From contig JBHPBZ010000002.1 in NCBI GenBank assembly GCA_042576165.1, positions 1 through 56,723 on the forward strand: 56,723 nt of DNA, read 5' to 3'. This DNA is from Candidatus Babelota bacterium. GTDB taxonomy: Bacteria > Babelota > Babeliae > Babelales > UASB340. This document shows, piece by piece, positions 42,193-52,250 of this stretch. Position 1 is the first letter of the stretch. Every line of letters begins with the position of its first letter. The position numbers were made by a program, and so were the translations under genes. Under the pieces are notes generated by a model, which did no database searches, was not told the origin of the DNA, and saw only the letters and a program-made list of their open reading frames with translations.

Positions 42193-43344
42193 ATGATTAA
42201 AAATAGATTTATGAAAACACTATTTATTTTAATAGTTCTAATATTTACAAATAGCTTCAATGTTAAAGCTATGAAGCGGCCTGCCAACAATAATATAAGC
42301 TCTCCTGCTAATAAACGACACAAGCCTTATCCTAAAACACCCACAAAACAAACCATATCTACTAAAAAATCTTTTCAGTCTCCAGGAGAAATGAAAATTT
42401 CTATAGAAAATTTATGCCGAAAAGTTTTAGGCGCAAATAATGATAAAAACGAAATAAGAATTGACACCAAAAAAGCAATTGTAGACTTAATATTATTTTT
42501 TAAAAGTCTTCCAACCGATTCCTTTTCAGCCTATTTCAAAAATTGTAGTGATAAAGATAAAGCTTTGTTCAGAAAAGATTTAACTCTATCCCTGTTTTAT
42601 ATGATATTTCTATCAATTTTGCAATGTGACAAAGAAGATACTGATAAAGAATTCGAAAAATTCATCCCTGCGAATAATGGTCTTACTTTTGATGAAAACA
42701 AAAATACTGTCGAATTAAATTTTAAAGGACATAAGTTTACATTTAAATATAATCAAAATAGTTCTGATGATGAAAAACGATATCTTAATATAATAAAGTG
42801 TAACCAAAATAATTCACAATCTTTGAATTATAATAGCAATAACTATATAAAAAAGACAATTATAAGTCTTTTGAATATTAAGAATTACACTAAAAATAAA
42901 GAGTCTAATGATGAGTTGGATGAAAACTTATCAACTAAATTTACATACATTTTAAAAAAATTACCGGATGACTTAATTAAAAATTATGAAAAATTCTTTC
43001 ATACAATCGTTGCATCAATACTTCTATTTATGGGAAGCAATTTAAGCTTCTCAGAAATGTATGCAGGAGACGGACGCGCAGATCTAATCTATAAAAGCAC
43101 TTATGGAGACGGAATTATTGAATTTAAGCTAAATAAAAAAGATAATTCTAAAGGCTTAGAACAAATTCATTTACAAAAATATTTCAAACATTTTTGTAAT
43201 CATTCAAAACCTATAAAATTAATTAGTTTTACTTTTCATGCAACTAATGAAGCTTTCACCCGTGTAGAAATTAAAATAGAAAAGTTTAACATTCCAAATG
43301 TTAAACTTACTAAAATAAAAGATGGCTACTCAGCAAGCTTTTAA
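42193..43344 (+). CDS. secreted protein with basic NLS-like segment and C-terminal PD-(D/E)XK (PDDEXK_9/DUF1703-like) domain
   Basis: Signal peptide MKTLFILIVLIFTNSFNVKA. KRPANNNISSPANKRHKP. The C-terminal SEMYAGDGRADLIYKSTYGDGIIEFKLNKKDNSKGLEQIHLQKYF matches sE...g.GRiDl........iiEfK......AleQI..K.Y. Confidence 0.55.
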   Translation: MIKNRFMKTLFILIVLIFTNSFNVKAMKRPANNNISSPANKRHKPYPKTPTKQTISTKKSFQSPGEMKISIENLCRKVLGANNDKNEIRIDTKKAIVDLILFFKSLPTDSFSAYFKNCSDKDKALFRKDLTLSLFYMIFLSILQCDKEDTDKEFEKFIPANNGLTFDENKNTVELNFKGHKFTFKYNQNSSDDEKRYLNIIKCNQNNSQSLNYNSNNYIKKTIISLLNIKNYTKNKESNDELDENLSTKFTYILKKLPDDLIKNYEKFFHTIVASILLFMGSNLSFSEMYAGDGRADLIYKSTYGDGIIEFKLNKKDNSKGLEQIHLQKYFKHFCNHSKPIKLISFTFHATNEAFTRVEIKIEKFNIPNVKLTKIKDGYSASF

Positions 43345-43347
43345 AAT

Positions 43348-43381
43348 AAAAAAGGCTGACAATTTTTTGTCAGCCTTTTTT
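43348..43381. terminator. bidirectional rho-independent terminator
   Basis: AAAAAAGGCTGACAA-TTTT-TTGTCAGCCTTTTTT between convergent genes. Confidence 0.8.
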
Positions 43382-43394
43382 ATTTTAAAAATAT

Positions 43395-44360
43395 CTATTT
43401 TGATTTATTAAAAATCTCTTTTATTGTTGAAAGCGATCCCATAAGTGCACTCGATTCATAAGGCATCAAAATTAATTTTCCATCTTTACCTTTTGTGATC
43501 TCAGGCAAAATTTTAATATAATTTAATGCAACCATATAAGGAAGAGGATCTGCACTTGGAACAGCAGCTTGAATATAACCAATAGCTTCTGCTTCAGCAT
43601 TAGCAGTAATCAAACGAGACTTAGCCTCACCTTCAGCTTTTGTAATTTTTGCCATTTTTATACCTTCAGCTTCCAAAATAGCAGATCTTTTTTTACCTTC
43701 AGCTTCTAGTATCAAAGCACGACGATCACGCTCAGCTCTCATTTGTTTTTCCATTGCACTACGAATATCATGCGGAGGATTAATTTCTTGAAGTTCAACT
43801 CTGTTTATTTTCACACCCCATTTATCTGTAGCTTCGTCTAAAATTGCTTGCAATCTATCATTAATCTGATCTCTAGAAACTAAAGTTCCATCCAAATCCA
43901 TCGAACCAATAACATTACGCAAAGTAGTTTGTGTCAATTTTTCTATTGCTTGAGGTAAATTTGTAACCTCATACATAGCGCGCATAGGATCTGTAACTTG
44001 ATAATAAAGCAAAGCATTAATTTCTATCGTTACATTATCTTTTGTTATAACATTTTGTTTAGGAAAATCATAAACAGATTCACGTAAATCAATTCTTTCT
44101 ACTTGTTCTGAATAGCGATACACTCTTTTGCCATAACCTTCTTCTTTTACAAAAGTCCAAGTTATTGTTCTAGGATGATCTAAAAAAGGAACAATAAAGT
44201 GTATTCCTGGTTTTAAAATTTTATTAAACTTACCCAGTCGTTCTATCATTATGACTTCAGATTGTCTTATAATGTAAGTTGATTTAACTAAAACTGTTAT
44301 AAAAAATAAAATTAAAAATACAAAAAAGATGGAAAACCCGCCCATAATTCCAGATATCAT
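43395..44360 (-). CDS. SPFH/band-7 (stomatin-like) membrane protein
   Basis: N-terminal TM, then the SPFH core (ERLGKF...LKPGIHFIVPF...VITKDNV.) and a C-terminal Ala/Glu-rich coiled coil (RALILEAEGKKRSAILEAEG). Confidence 0.9.
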   Translation of the reverse strand: MISGIMGGFSIFFVFLILFFITVLVKSTYIIRQSEVIMIERLGKFNKILKPGIHFIVPFLDHPRTITWTFVKEEGYGKRVYRYSEQVERIDLRESVYDFPKQNVITKDNVTIEINALLYYQVTDPMRAMYEVTNLPQAIEKLTQTTLRNVIGSMDLDGTLVSRDQINDRLQAILDEATDKWGVKINRVELQEINPPHDIRSAMEKQMRAERDRRALILEAEGKKRSAILEAEGIKMAKITKAEGEAKSRLITANAEAEAIGYIQAAVPSADPLPYMVALNYIKILPEITKGKDGKLILMPYESSALMGSLSTIKEIFNKSK

Positions 44361-44390
44361 ATCAAAACTCCCAAAGTAAAATAAAAATTA

Positions 44391-44843
44391 TTAAGATTTG
44401 CTTTTAACCACTAGTCTATTACCTTTAACATTCACTACTAAAACTTCAGTTCCTTTTTGTAAAATTACATTATCAGCACATTCTGCCATCCATCTTTCAC
44501 CACGAACTTTTACATATCCAAACGCATTTGATTCTATTGTTTTTACAACCATACATTTTTTACCAATTAATGCATCAACATTAGTATCTGTAGTAACTCC
44601 AGAAATTTTGGCAGCAAAAAAATGTTTCAAAATAAAGAATGAAACAATCGTAAAACAAAAACCAACAATACACTGGCTAATAAAAGATAGTCCAAAAAAA
44701 GCTAAAATTGCAGCCATACAACATCCGCAAGAAAATGCTATAAAACAAAATAATCCAGATAATATCATTTCAATAAAAAGAAATACTATTGCTAAAATAA
44801 GCCAAAAATATATTAAATAAATTGAATCAAATAAAAATAACAT
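44391..44843 (-). CDS. NfeD-family membrane protein (stomatin operon partner)
   Basis: About three N-terminal TM helices plus a C-terminal OB-like segment (GKKCMVVKTIESNAFGYVKVRGERWMAECADNVILQKGTEVLVVNVKGNRLVV). It lies upstream of the SPFH gene, as in ybbJ-ybbK-type operons. Confidence 0.75.
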   Translation of the reverse strand: MLFLFDSIYLIYFWLILAIVFLFIEMILSGLFCFIAFSCGCCMAAILAFFGLSFISQCIVGFCFTIVSFFILKHFFAAKISGVTTDTNVDALIGKKCMVVKTIESNAFGYVKVRGERWMAECADNVILQKGTEVLVVNVKGNRLVVKSKS

Positions 44844-44873
44844 AGAATAAAATCCTCTAATTTCAGATATTTT

Positions 44874-45566
44874 TTATTTCCCCGCAAAACTATTATGCCT
44901 CAAAAACCCCATACTTTCAACCAAGGCATAAATCAAAGACCTCCATTGATCTTCTTTACAAATTCCTAATTCTATAGCCAATGCGGGCGCAATAATACCA
45001 CAGAGTGGTTTAAATGGAATACCAAATAATCCATAAAAATCAAATGACTTTTGATTAATATCAGATGTTAATGACTGCTTCATATCCTCACCCCAAAGTC
45101 TTGTTGTTTTAATATTTGCAAAATGAGCATTATGTACTGCAACAAAAGAATATGGGACAAAGTTATGAGGAGCAAGATCAATTAATGAATTATATAAGAG
45201 ATGATATAAAAAGACCTTAGGCTTTAAAACTTCCTCTCTGTAAACATGAAGACTTAAATAAAAATCAACACCTAAACGATTTGAAAAAGAAGCTGATTCC
45301 CAATCAACAATTTCTTCGCCGGGATAACGAGTCAAAATAACCCTTACATTATATTGTTCTTGCAACGCCTTTTTTAAACTTTTTGCAAAATCAAAAGTTA
45401 TCGCACGCTCCACACTTTCTACCAAACGGCGACCAACATTTTTTGCATGTCCCGCAGGATTAATCATAACAACGAATTGCTTTTCTTGAGATGTCTTATT
45501 TGAAAATAAAAAATTAAAAGAAAATAATGTTATAAATATAAAATTCGGATTTAATTTAAAAGCCAT
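44874..45566 (-). CDS. divergent N-acetylmuramoyl-L-alanine amidase (Amidase_3-like)
   Basis: Signal peptide, then VVMINPAGHAKNVGRR...VILTRYPGE......SFSNRLGVDFYLSLHVY, which parallels iviDpGHGG.d.Ga...v.lTR..d....l..R...aN...adlfiSiH. Confidence 0.55.
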   Translation of the reverse strand: MAFKLNPNFIFITLFSFNFLFSNKTSQEKQFVVMINPAGHAKNVGRRLVESVERAITFDFAKSLKKALQEQYNVRVILTRYPGEEIVDWESASFSNRLGVDFYLSLHVYREEVLKPKVFLYHLLYNSLIDLAPHNFVPYSFVAVHNAHFANIKTTRLWGEDMKQSLTSDINQKSFDFYGLFGIPFKPLCGIIAPALAIELGICKEDQWRSLIYALVESMGFLRHNSFAGK

Positions 45567-45574
45567 AGCCTACT

Positions 45575-45637
45575 AATTTATAAAAATCGTGTAGTATATT
45601 TTTTTACATAAAATATACTACACGATTTTTATAAATT
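45575..45637. terminator. 28-bp perfect-stem hairpin between the WD40 gene and the amidase gene
   Basis: AATTTATAAAAATCGTGTAGTATATTTT / TTTACAT / AAAATATACTACACGATTTTTATAAATT. It lies 9 nt upstream of the amidase start and 92 nt downstream of the WD40 gene stop, on the minus strand. Confidence 0.55.
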
Positions 45638-45729
45638 TTAAAAATAAAAGCATTTAAATCTTTTATAAATACTCTTTAAAATCAAATAAATCTCTTACTA
45701 TACTCCCTATTCTTTTTTTAAAAAACGTC

Positions 45730-47700
45730 CTAAACATAAATATATCCATCTAAAATAATTTCAGCCCCACCCAAAACACAAATTTTTGCGTCGGACTCAA
45801 TTCCATTTTTTAAATCACTAAAAACAATTGAATTCGACAAAGCTTGAGTTTGCAAATCAGGACCAAAATTTGAACGGTACAACATTAAATTTTCTTCTCC
45901 TGTCGAATCACTTCCACCAATTGCCAAAAATCTACCATCTGAACTCCAGTCGACTGAATAAAGATAACTACCATAATCTAGAGAAATAACCCACTTTAAA
46001 CTTGATCCATTAAATGAATACACTTGTAACTCTTTTCCACTAGTTGGCGAATCTCCACCAATTGCCAAAAATCTACCATCTGGACTCCAGTCAACTGAAT
46101 GAATATAATCTCCATAAGCCATTGAATCAATCCAACCTAAACTTGATCCATTAAATGAATATACTTGTAGTTCATCTCCACTAGTTGGCAAATTTCCCCC
46201 AATTGCCAAAAACCTTCCATCTGGACTCCAGGAAACTGAATAAATAAAAGATCCATAATTCTCTTCAGCAACTTTTACCAAACTTGATCCATTAAATGAA
46301 TACACTTTTAACTCAGCTCCAGTTCCTGAATCATATCCACCAATTGCCAAAAATCTACCATCCGGACTCCAGTCAACTGAATAAACCCTACTTCCGCAAT
46401 CCTTCTCAAGGACCAAACTCAAACTTGATCCATCAAATGAACACACGCGCAACTCATTTGCAATTCCTGTATCTTCTCCCCCAATTGCCAAAAATCTACC
46501 ATCCGGACTCCATGAAACTGATTCAATCCAAATTCCATAATTATTTGAATCAACCAGTACTAATCTTGATCCATCAAATGAATACACTCTTAGGTCGGCA
46601 TCATTTGTTGGGAAAAATCCACCAATTGCCAAAAATCTTCCATCTGGACTCCATGAAACTGACTCAATCCACTCTGCATAATTCTCTGAATCAACAAGTA
46701 CTAAACTTGATCCATCAAATGAATATACTCTTAATTCATTTCCAATTACTGGCTCATTTCCACCAAAAGCCAAAAATCTACCGTCCGGACTCCATGAAAC
46801 TGAATAAATACTATCTATACCATCGTTAGAAAAAGTCTCTGTTACATCACTTAATGTTAAAGTTGCTGCACTTGTAATTGTAACTTTGTTATCAAAATAA
46901 ACTTTACCTTTGGTTAGTTGAAAACCAGTATATGTAGATTTAACCGTGCAACAATTAAAATGAAGTGCTGAAGTTTCATCTAACATTTTAATTAAAGTAG
47001 AATCTGTAGTTGATGGTCTAAAATCAAAAGCCGTTCCTTCATCAAAAAACAGCGTTGCATGTGGAGCAATATAACTAGGCCTTACTCCCCAATAAACAAA
47101 TTCCGATGAACCAGTAAACACCACATCATTATGAATAAAGAATTGTCCGCTATAAAAATAAAAATCATCATTTAATGCTAGTTCAACATTATCAAGTGCC
47201 AACTTTCCGTCCCAACCGATACACCTTATTGCAGGACGCCCAATGGTATTTGCAGTATTACGAAAATTTAAATTTCTCAGCGTTAATGTTGAATTTGCAT
47301 CAACTAAAAGCTGTGCTGTATAACCCAGTGTTAAACTATTTCCATTTCCATCAATAATAATATTTCCACTTAAATACCATGTTTCGCCAGCAGGAATTTC
47401 AAGATTATCTTCCAATACCAATGAATGTGAATTTCCTAAAACCTTATTATTATTAAAATCTAAGTGACTATTTTTTGTTAAAATTAAATCTTCATTTAAT
47501 GTTAAATCATTTTCTAGTGTTGTATTCCCATCCAACCTTCCTATAAATTTTTGTGAACTAGATATACTCTCTAGAACAAATGTTGAATTTTGTGTTACAT
47601 GTAAATTTGAATATTTAGAAGAATCTAAAGAACAAATAGCCGAAGTAAATATCATAGATAAAAAAACCATTGTTGTTTTTATGTATAAAAAAATCCTCAT
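45730..47700 (-). CDS. secreted protein: N-terminal beta-helix-like region + seven WD40-like blades
   Basis: Signal peptide. ~290 aa rich in N/T/L with L.L.N..F.N-type turns. Then seven ~44-aa units carrying (S/D)WSPDGRFLAIGG....(E/D)L.VYSF(D/N)GSSL. Confidence 0.85.
   Translation of the reverse strand: MRIFLYIKTTMVFLSMIFTSAICSLDSSKYSNLHVTQNSTFVLESISSSQKFIGRLDGNTTLENDLTLNEDLILTKNSHLDFNNNKVLGNSHSLVLEDNLEIPAGETWYLSGNIIIDGNGNSLTLGYTAQLLVDANSTLTLRNLNFRNTANTIGRPAIRCIGWDGKLALDNVELALNDDFYFYSGQFFIHNDVVFTGSSEFVYWGVRPSYIAPHATLFFDEGTAFDFRPSTTDSTLIKMLDETSALHFNCCTVKSTYTGFQLTKGKVYFDNKVTITSAATLTLSDVTETFSNDGIDSIYSVSWSPDGRFLAFGGNEPVIGNELRVYSFDGSSLVLVDSENYAEWIESVSWSPDGRFLAIGGFFPTNDADLRVYSFDGSRLVLVDSNNYGIWIESVSWSPDGRFLAIGGEDTGIANELRVCSFDGSSLSLVLEKDCGSRVYSVDWSPDGRFLAIGGYDSGTGAELKVYSFNGSSLVKVAEENYGSFIYSVSWSPDGRFLAIGGNLPTSGDELQVYSFNGSSLGWIDSMAYGDYIHSVDWSPDGRFLAIGGDSPTSGKELQVYSFNGSSLKWVISLDYGSYLYSVDWSSDGRFLAIGGSDSTGEENLMLYRSNFGPDLQTQALSNSIVFSDLKNGIESDAKICVLGGAEIILDGYIYV
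45880..46820 (-). repeat. seven tandem ~132-bp coding repeats (WD40 blades) with long near-identical DNA blocks
   Basis: Recurring CCAATTGCCAAAAATCTACCATC(C/T)GGACTCCA strings on the + strand at ~132-bp spacing. Confidence 0.85.
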
Positions 47701-48183
47701 ATCTCTCCCTTTTCATTATAAAATTAATAAATAGCACTCTCTAAAAAAATTATTTTATATAAAACAAATCCTATAACTATTTAACTTAAGTTATGACCTA
47801 TTAAATTTGTAAAAAATGAATCTCCATAGCAAGCTCTTATTTGTTATTATAAACAATGAAATAAAAAATAAGGATAAGCTCTAGGAAATAAATATTATTG
47901 TAACATATCGTGTGTATGTTATTAAATTAAGTTGTTAGAACAAGTTGATAATTTTGTATTTAACAGCAAAGTAAAAATGTCAAATTCAAAAATAACAACA
48001 ATAGAAATAACCGAGAGAATATTTTTGGTAGGCAATTAAGAAAAATAAAATTTTTTTTAATAGAACACAATTATATAAAAAATACTTTAAGCAAAAGCAA
48101 ATTTAATAGAAAATTACATCCGTACCAAAGTATGTTTGGCTAATTGATTTTTAATATTGAGCTGAAACATTTAAAGAAAAAAA

Positions 48184-49398
48184 TTATTTGAAATAAAATA
48201 TTTCATGTCTCTTGATCACAAATTCTTTTAATCTTTTTAAAAACCTATCCTCTGTTTTAAATTCTTTGGTATCTGCAAATAAGTAACTATGGTTAATAAA
48301 ACCTACCTTACATCTACCATCAATTCCACGAATAGAACGTTCTTTATAAGGGTAAGCCTTTAGTCTTGCATGAAAATACTCACCAACAGCCAAAAAATCT
48401 ACTAACGCTAAAAATGGAGGTACAAAAACAAAAGACTTATTTCTCTCTTCTTCATAAATATTAATTTTACAAATATGTAATTTAGATGAAATTTGCATTC
48501 TTGCAAATGAGCATCCCGAAAGATCAACACTTCCAAAATTAGCATCATTCCATGAATCAAATATAATTCCACCAAACAACCTCGTTCCAAAGGAATCAGA
48601 TTCATTAGCAACAATGTTTTTTGGTTTCCAATTATCAGATGCTCTGTAAATTATCCATTTTTGATTTTTATATGCTTTAAGTTCATTGGCAATTAAAGTT
48701 GAAAAATTGGTTGATAGAAAAACATTTTTTTTGAATTTCACCGCAGTCTTTGTAATTAAATAAGGCATAAGCTCATGTTCTATAGTTGATTGCGAATTTT
48801 TATCATTTTTTATCATAAGAATTATTTCATCAACTAAAGTTTTAACTACTGATCGACAATGTGACTTGGGAAAAGCAATTCTATTTTCTATAAAGTATTT
48901 TACTATCCCCTCATTTAATAAAAAATGCATTTTTTTCACATCATCATTATTATTTAGTTCATTTACATGATCCTTATATTTTTTATAATTCCATGTATCC
49001 ATTTTCATAATATCTTCATAAGCAAATCTTATATTCCACATTAGATCCAAAATCTCGTTATTTTCTTCATTTTTATTCTTCGAATTTTGTAAATAACATC
49101 TGAGAAAAAATAAACCATACAAAGTTGGTGCAATAAATAAAGTCCTTACTCCACTTGGCAATTGTTTTTTTATTAAAAATTCTTCATGCTTATCTAGATT
49201 TATATCATCAAAATTCTGAGACATAGGATACGCATATTTTGTTAAAACAAAAAAACAATTTTCATGTTCTTTTTCTGAAATCAACTCAACTTTATCTTTA
49301 TTTTGTTTATAAAAAATGTACTCGGCAAAAACCAAGTTTTTTGAACAAACCAATAATAAAAGTGAAAATAAAATTTTTTTTGAAATACTTTTCAACAC
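48184..49398 (-). CDS. hypothetical secreted protein
   Basis: 404-aa ORF with a GTG start and signal peptide KKILFSLLLLVCSKNLVFA. No recognisable motif. Confidence 0.6.
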   Translation of the reverse strand: MLKSISKKILFSLLLLVCSKNLVFAEYIFYKQNKDKVELISEKEHENCFFVLTKYAYPMSQNFDDINLDKHEEFLIKKQLPSGVRTLFIAPTLYGLFFLRCYLQNSKNKNEENNEILDLMWNIRFAYEDIMKMDTWNYKKYKDHVNELNNNDDVKKMHFLLNEGIVKYFIENRIAFPKSHCRSVVKTLVDEIILMIKNDKNSQSTIEHELMPYLITKTAVKFKKNVFLSTNFSTLIANELKAYKNQKWIIYRASDNWKPKNIVANESDSFGTRLFGGIIFDSWNDANFGSVDLSGCSFARMQISSKLHICKINIYEEERNKSFVFVPPFLALVDFLAVGEYFHARLKAYPYKERSIRGIDGRCKVGFINHSYLFADTKEFKTEDRFLKRLKEFVIKRHEIFYFK

Positions 49399-49649
49399 GT
49401 CATAACCTCTTTTTTTAATAAAAAAACTAACATCGTTTATATATTTAACATTAATGCAAATAGAAATTTTGTCAAAATTATATCAAAAAAGATAAATATG
49501 CTTGATGTATCAAGAATCATGCTTCAATTTTACACAAAACCACACTTTTCACCTAAAAGAATGTCCTCTTCCAAATTATTTGATATTTTTTAAAAAAAGT
49601 AATAGAAATTTACATTTAATAAAATTTTATAATCATTTAGGTATTCATT

Positions 49650-52250
49650 ATGAATTCATTTGAAGTCAGAAAAAAGTTTTTGAATTTCTTTAAAAAAAAT
49701 GGACATACAATAGTTACAAGTTCTTCATTAATTCCAGCACAAGACCCTACTCTTCTTTTTACAAACGCAGGAATGAATCAATTTAAAGATATTTTTTTAG
49801 GAAAAGAAAAACGAAAATATACACGAGCAACTAGTTCACAAAAATGTGTTCGTGCCGGAGGCAAGCACAATGATCTTAATGAAGTTGGTTTTACAAATAA
49901 ACATCTAACATTTTTTGAAATGTTGGGAAATTTTTCTTTTGGTGATTACTTCAAAGAACAAGCAATTAGTTATGCATGGCAAGTATTAACAAATGAATTT
50001 AAATTTGATCCTAAAAAATTAGTCATAACTATTTATAAAAACGATGACCAAAGTCATGAAATTTGGAATAAAAAAATTAAAATTCCAAAAGAAAAAATCA
50101 TACGCCTAGGAAAAAAAGATAATTTTTGGCAAATGGGTAATACCGGACCCTGCGGACCATGTACCGAAATTCACTATGATTATGGAAAAGATATTGGATG
50201 TAAACAAAAAACATGTGATCCCTCTTGTAGCTGCAATCGATTTGTTGAATTATGGAACCTTGTATTTATGCAATATAATCGACAAAAAAATGGAGAACTA
50301 ATTAATTTAAAACAAACTGGCGTTGATACAGGAATGGGCCTAGAACGTATTACAATGGTTTTGCAAAAAAAAGATTCAATTTTTCATACCAATCTTTTTG
50401 AACCATTGATTAAAAAAATTGAAGAAATATCACAACTTAATTATCAAGAATCCATAGAAAAAATACAAACCGCCTTCCATGTTGTTTGCGATCACGCAAG
50501 ATCAAGCTCTCTTTTAATTGCAGATGGAGCAATCCCTTCAAATGAAGGCCGCGGATATGTTTTGAGAAAAATAATTAGACGCGCCGCACTTTTTACACAA
50601 AAAATAACACCTAATCCTAAACTATTTTTATCAGTTGCAAATGAATTTATTTGTTTTATGTCTCCAATCTTTCCTGAATTAAAAACTAATCGTGATTTCA
50701 TTTTAAAAACACTCGAAAATGAAATTGAAAAGTTTGCAACAAATCTTTTGCAAGGAAAAAATATTTTAGAAAAATATATCGAACAAACTTTATCAAAAAA
50801 AGAAAATATCTTATCCGGAAAACATATTTTTAAATTATATGATACCTATGGTTTCCCTACAGAAATAACACAAGTTATTGCAAAAGAAAAAAATCTTTCA
50901 TTAGATATTGATGGTTTTGAAATAGAAATGAAAAAACAACAAGAACAATCTGGAAAAAAAAGTCCAAAAGAAAAAACTGGACCACAAATTCCATCTGATA
51001 TTTCAACAACATTTATTGGGAATGAAAAATTAGAACTTGAAACGACAATAAACTTTATTTCAAAAGATGATTCAAAACTTTGGATATCAACTAAAGAATC
51101 TCCATTTTATGTAGAAAGCGGAGGGCAAGCTAGTGATAAAGGCTGGATTAAAATTAAAGATCAAACTTATCCAATAATATCTTTTACAAAATCAGATAAA
51201 AATACTAATCCCGCAATTGCAATACAAATAAAATGTACCGAAAATATAAAAATTGGAGATAAAATAAAATGCATTGTTGATTCTTATTCTCGAATTAATA
51301 CTGAAAAAAATCACACTGCAACACACATGTTACAAGCAGCATTAGTTCAAATCTTGGGACAACATATAAAGCAAGCAGGATCATTTGTAAATAATAAACA
51401 ACTTAGATTTGATTTTACACATATTAATGGATTAACAAAAAAAGAAATAGAAGAAATAGAAAATATTGTAAATATAAAAATACAAGAAGATATAAAACTA
51501 AAAATATTTTTAACAACACTAGAAAAAGCAAAAGAAGTTGGCGCAAAAGCATTTTTTGGTGAAAAATATAATCCAGAAGAGGTTAGAGTTGTACAAATAC
51601 CTGGATTTTCAGTAGAACTATGTGGAGGAACACATTTAAATAGCACAGGACAAATTGGATGTTTTAAAATTGAAAGTGAAATTGCACTTTCATCAGGCAT
51701 CAGAAGAATAACCGCAAAAACAGGACCCGAAGCCATAAGACTTTTTCAAAAAAGTTTTGATCTAACAAAAACTTTGGGAGACACTTTTAAAGTTAAAGCT
51801 GAAAGTATTTTTAGTTCTATACAAAAACAAACAAATGATTTAAATATTGCATTTAGCACAATAAAACGTCTTAGAAAACAATTATGGAAAAATCAAATTC
51901 CAACCTGGCAAAAACAGGTCTCTCTTACAGGTAAAGTTCCATTTATATTTTTAAATCTTGAAAATATAAAAAGTAATCAAGCAAAAGAAATTTTTGAAAA
52001 TATTCAAATAAAATCACCTGGTTTTTATTTTATGATTTGCATAAATCCTGAAAAACCCAATAACATAAATTTCTTTGCACATGTAAGCTCAAAGTGGCAA
52101 CCACAAATTAATTTAAAAGAGTTCTCCACATTTTTAAAAGATAAATTCGAATTTCGTGGTGGTGGCAGCAAACAAATGATTCAGGGTGGTGGAATAAAAA
52201 AAGAAGTTAATTATAAAACTGAAATAGAAAATTGGGTAAAGCAAATTTGA
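49650..52250 (+). CDS. alaS: alanine--tRNA ligase
   Basis: 866 aa. FTNAGMNQFK, RAGGKHNDL, FEMLGNFSFGDYFK, the editing-domain HTATHML and C..H, and the C-terminal GGG block. Confidence 0.97.
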   Translation: MNSFEVRKKFLNFFKKNGHTIVTSSSLIPAQDPTLLFTNAGMNQFKDIFLGKEKRKYTRATSSQKCVRAGGKHNDLNEVGFTNKHLTFFEMLGNFSFGDYFKEQAISYAWQVLTNEFKFDPKKLVITIYKNDDQSHEIWNKKIKIPKEKIIRLGKKDNFWQMGNTGPCGPCTEIHYDYGKDIGCKQKTCDPSCSCNRFVELWNLVFMQYNRQKNGELINLKQTGVDTGMGLERITMVLQKKDSIFHTNLFEPLIKKIEEISQLNYQESIEKIQTAFHVVCDHARSSSLLIADGAIPSNEGRGYVLRKIIRRAALFTQKITPNPKLFLSVANEFICFMSPIFPELKTNRDFILKTLENEIEKFATNLLQGKNILEKYIEQTLSKKENILSGKHIFKLYDTYGFPTEITQVIAKEKNLSLDIDGFEIEMKKQQEQSGKKSPKEKTGPQIPSDISTTFIGNEKLELETTINFISKDDSKLWISTKESPFYVESGGQASDKGWIKIKDQTYPIISFTKSDKNTNPAIAIQIKCTENIKIGDKIKCIVDSYSRINTEKNHTATHMLQAALVQILGQHIKQAGSFVNNKQLRFDFTHINGLTKKEIEEIENIVNIKIQEDIKLKIFLTTLEKAKEVGAKAFFGEKYNPEEVRVVQIPGFSVELCGGTHLNSTGQIGCFKIESEIALSSGIRRITAKTGPEAIRLFQKSFDLTKTLGDTFKVKAESIFSSIQKQTNDLNIAFSTIKRLRKQLWKNQIPTWQKQVSLTGKVPFIFLNLENIKSNQAKEIFENIQIKSPGFYFMICINPEKPNNINFFAHVSSKWQPQINLKEFSTFLKDKFEFRGGGSKQMIQGGGIKKEVNYKTEIENWVKQI

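Noticed and set aside
46296-46829. 177-aa plus-strand ORF with a striking periodic repeat, which could be mistaken for a repeat array or CRISPR
   Set aside because: It is the antisense shadow of the seven WD40 blades. The ~132-bp period equals one blade, and there is no repeat/spacer organisation and no cas genes.
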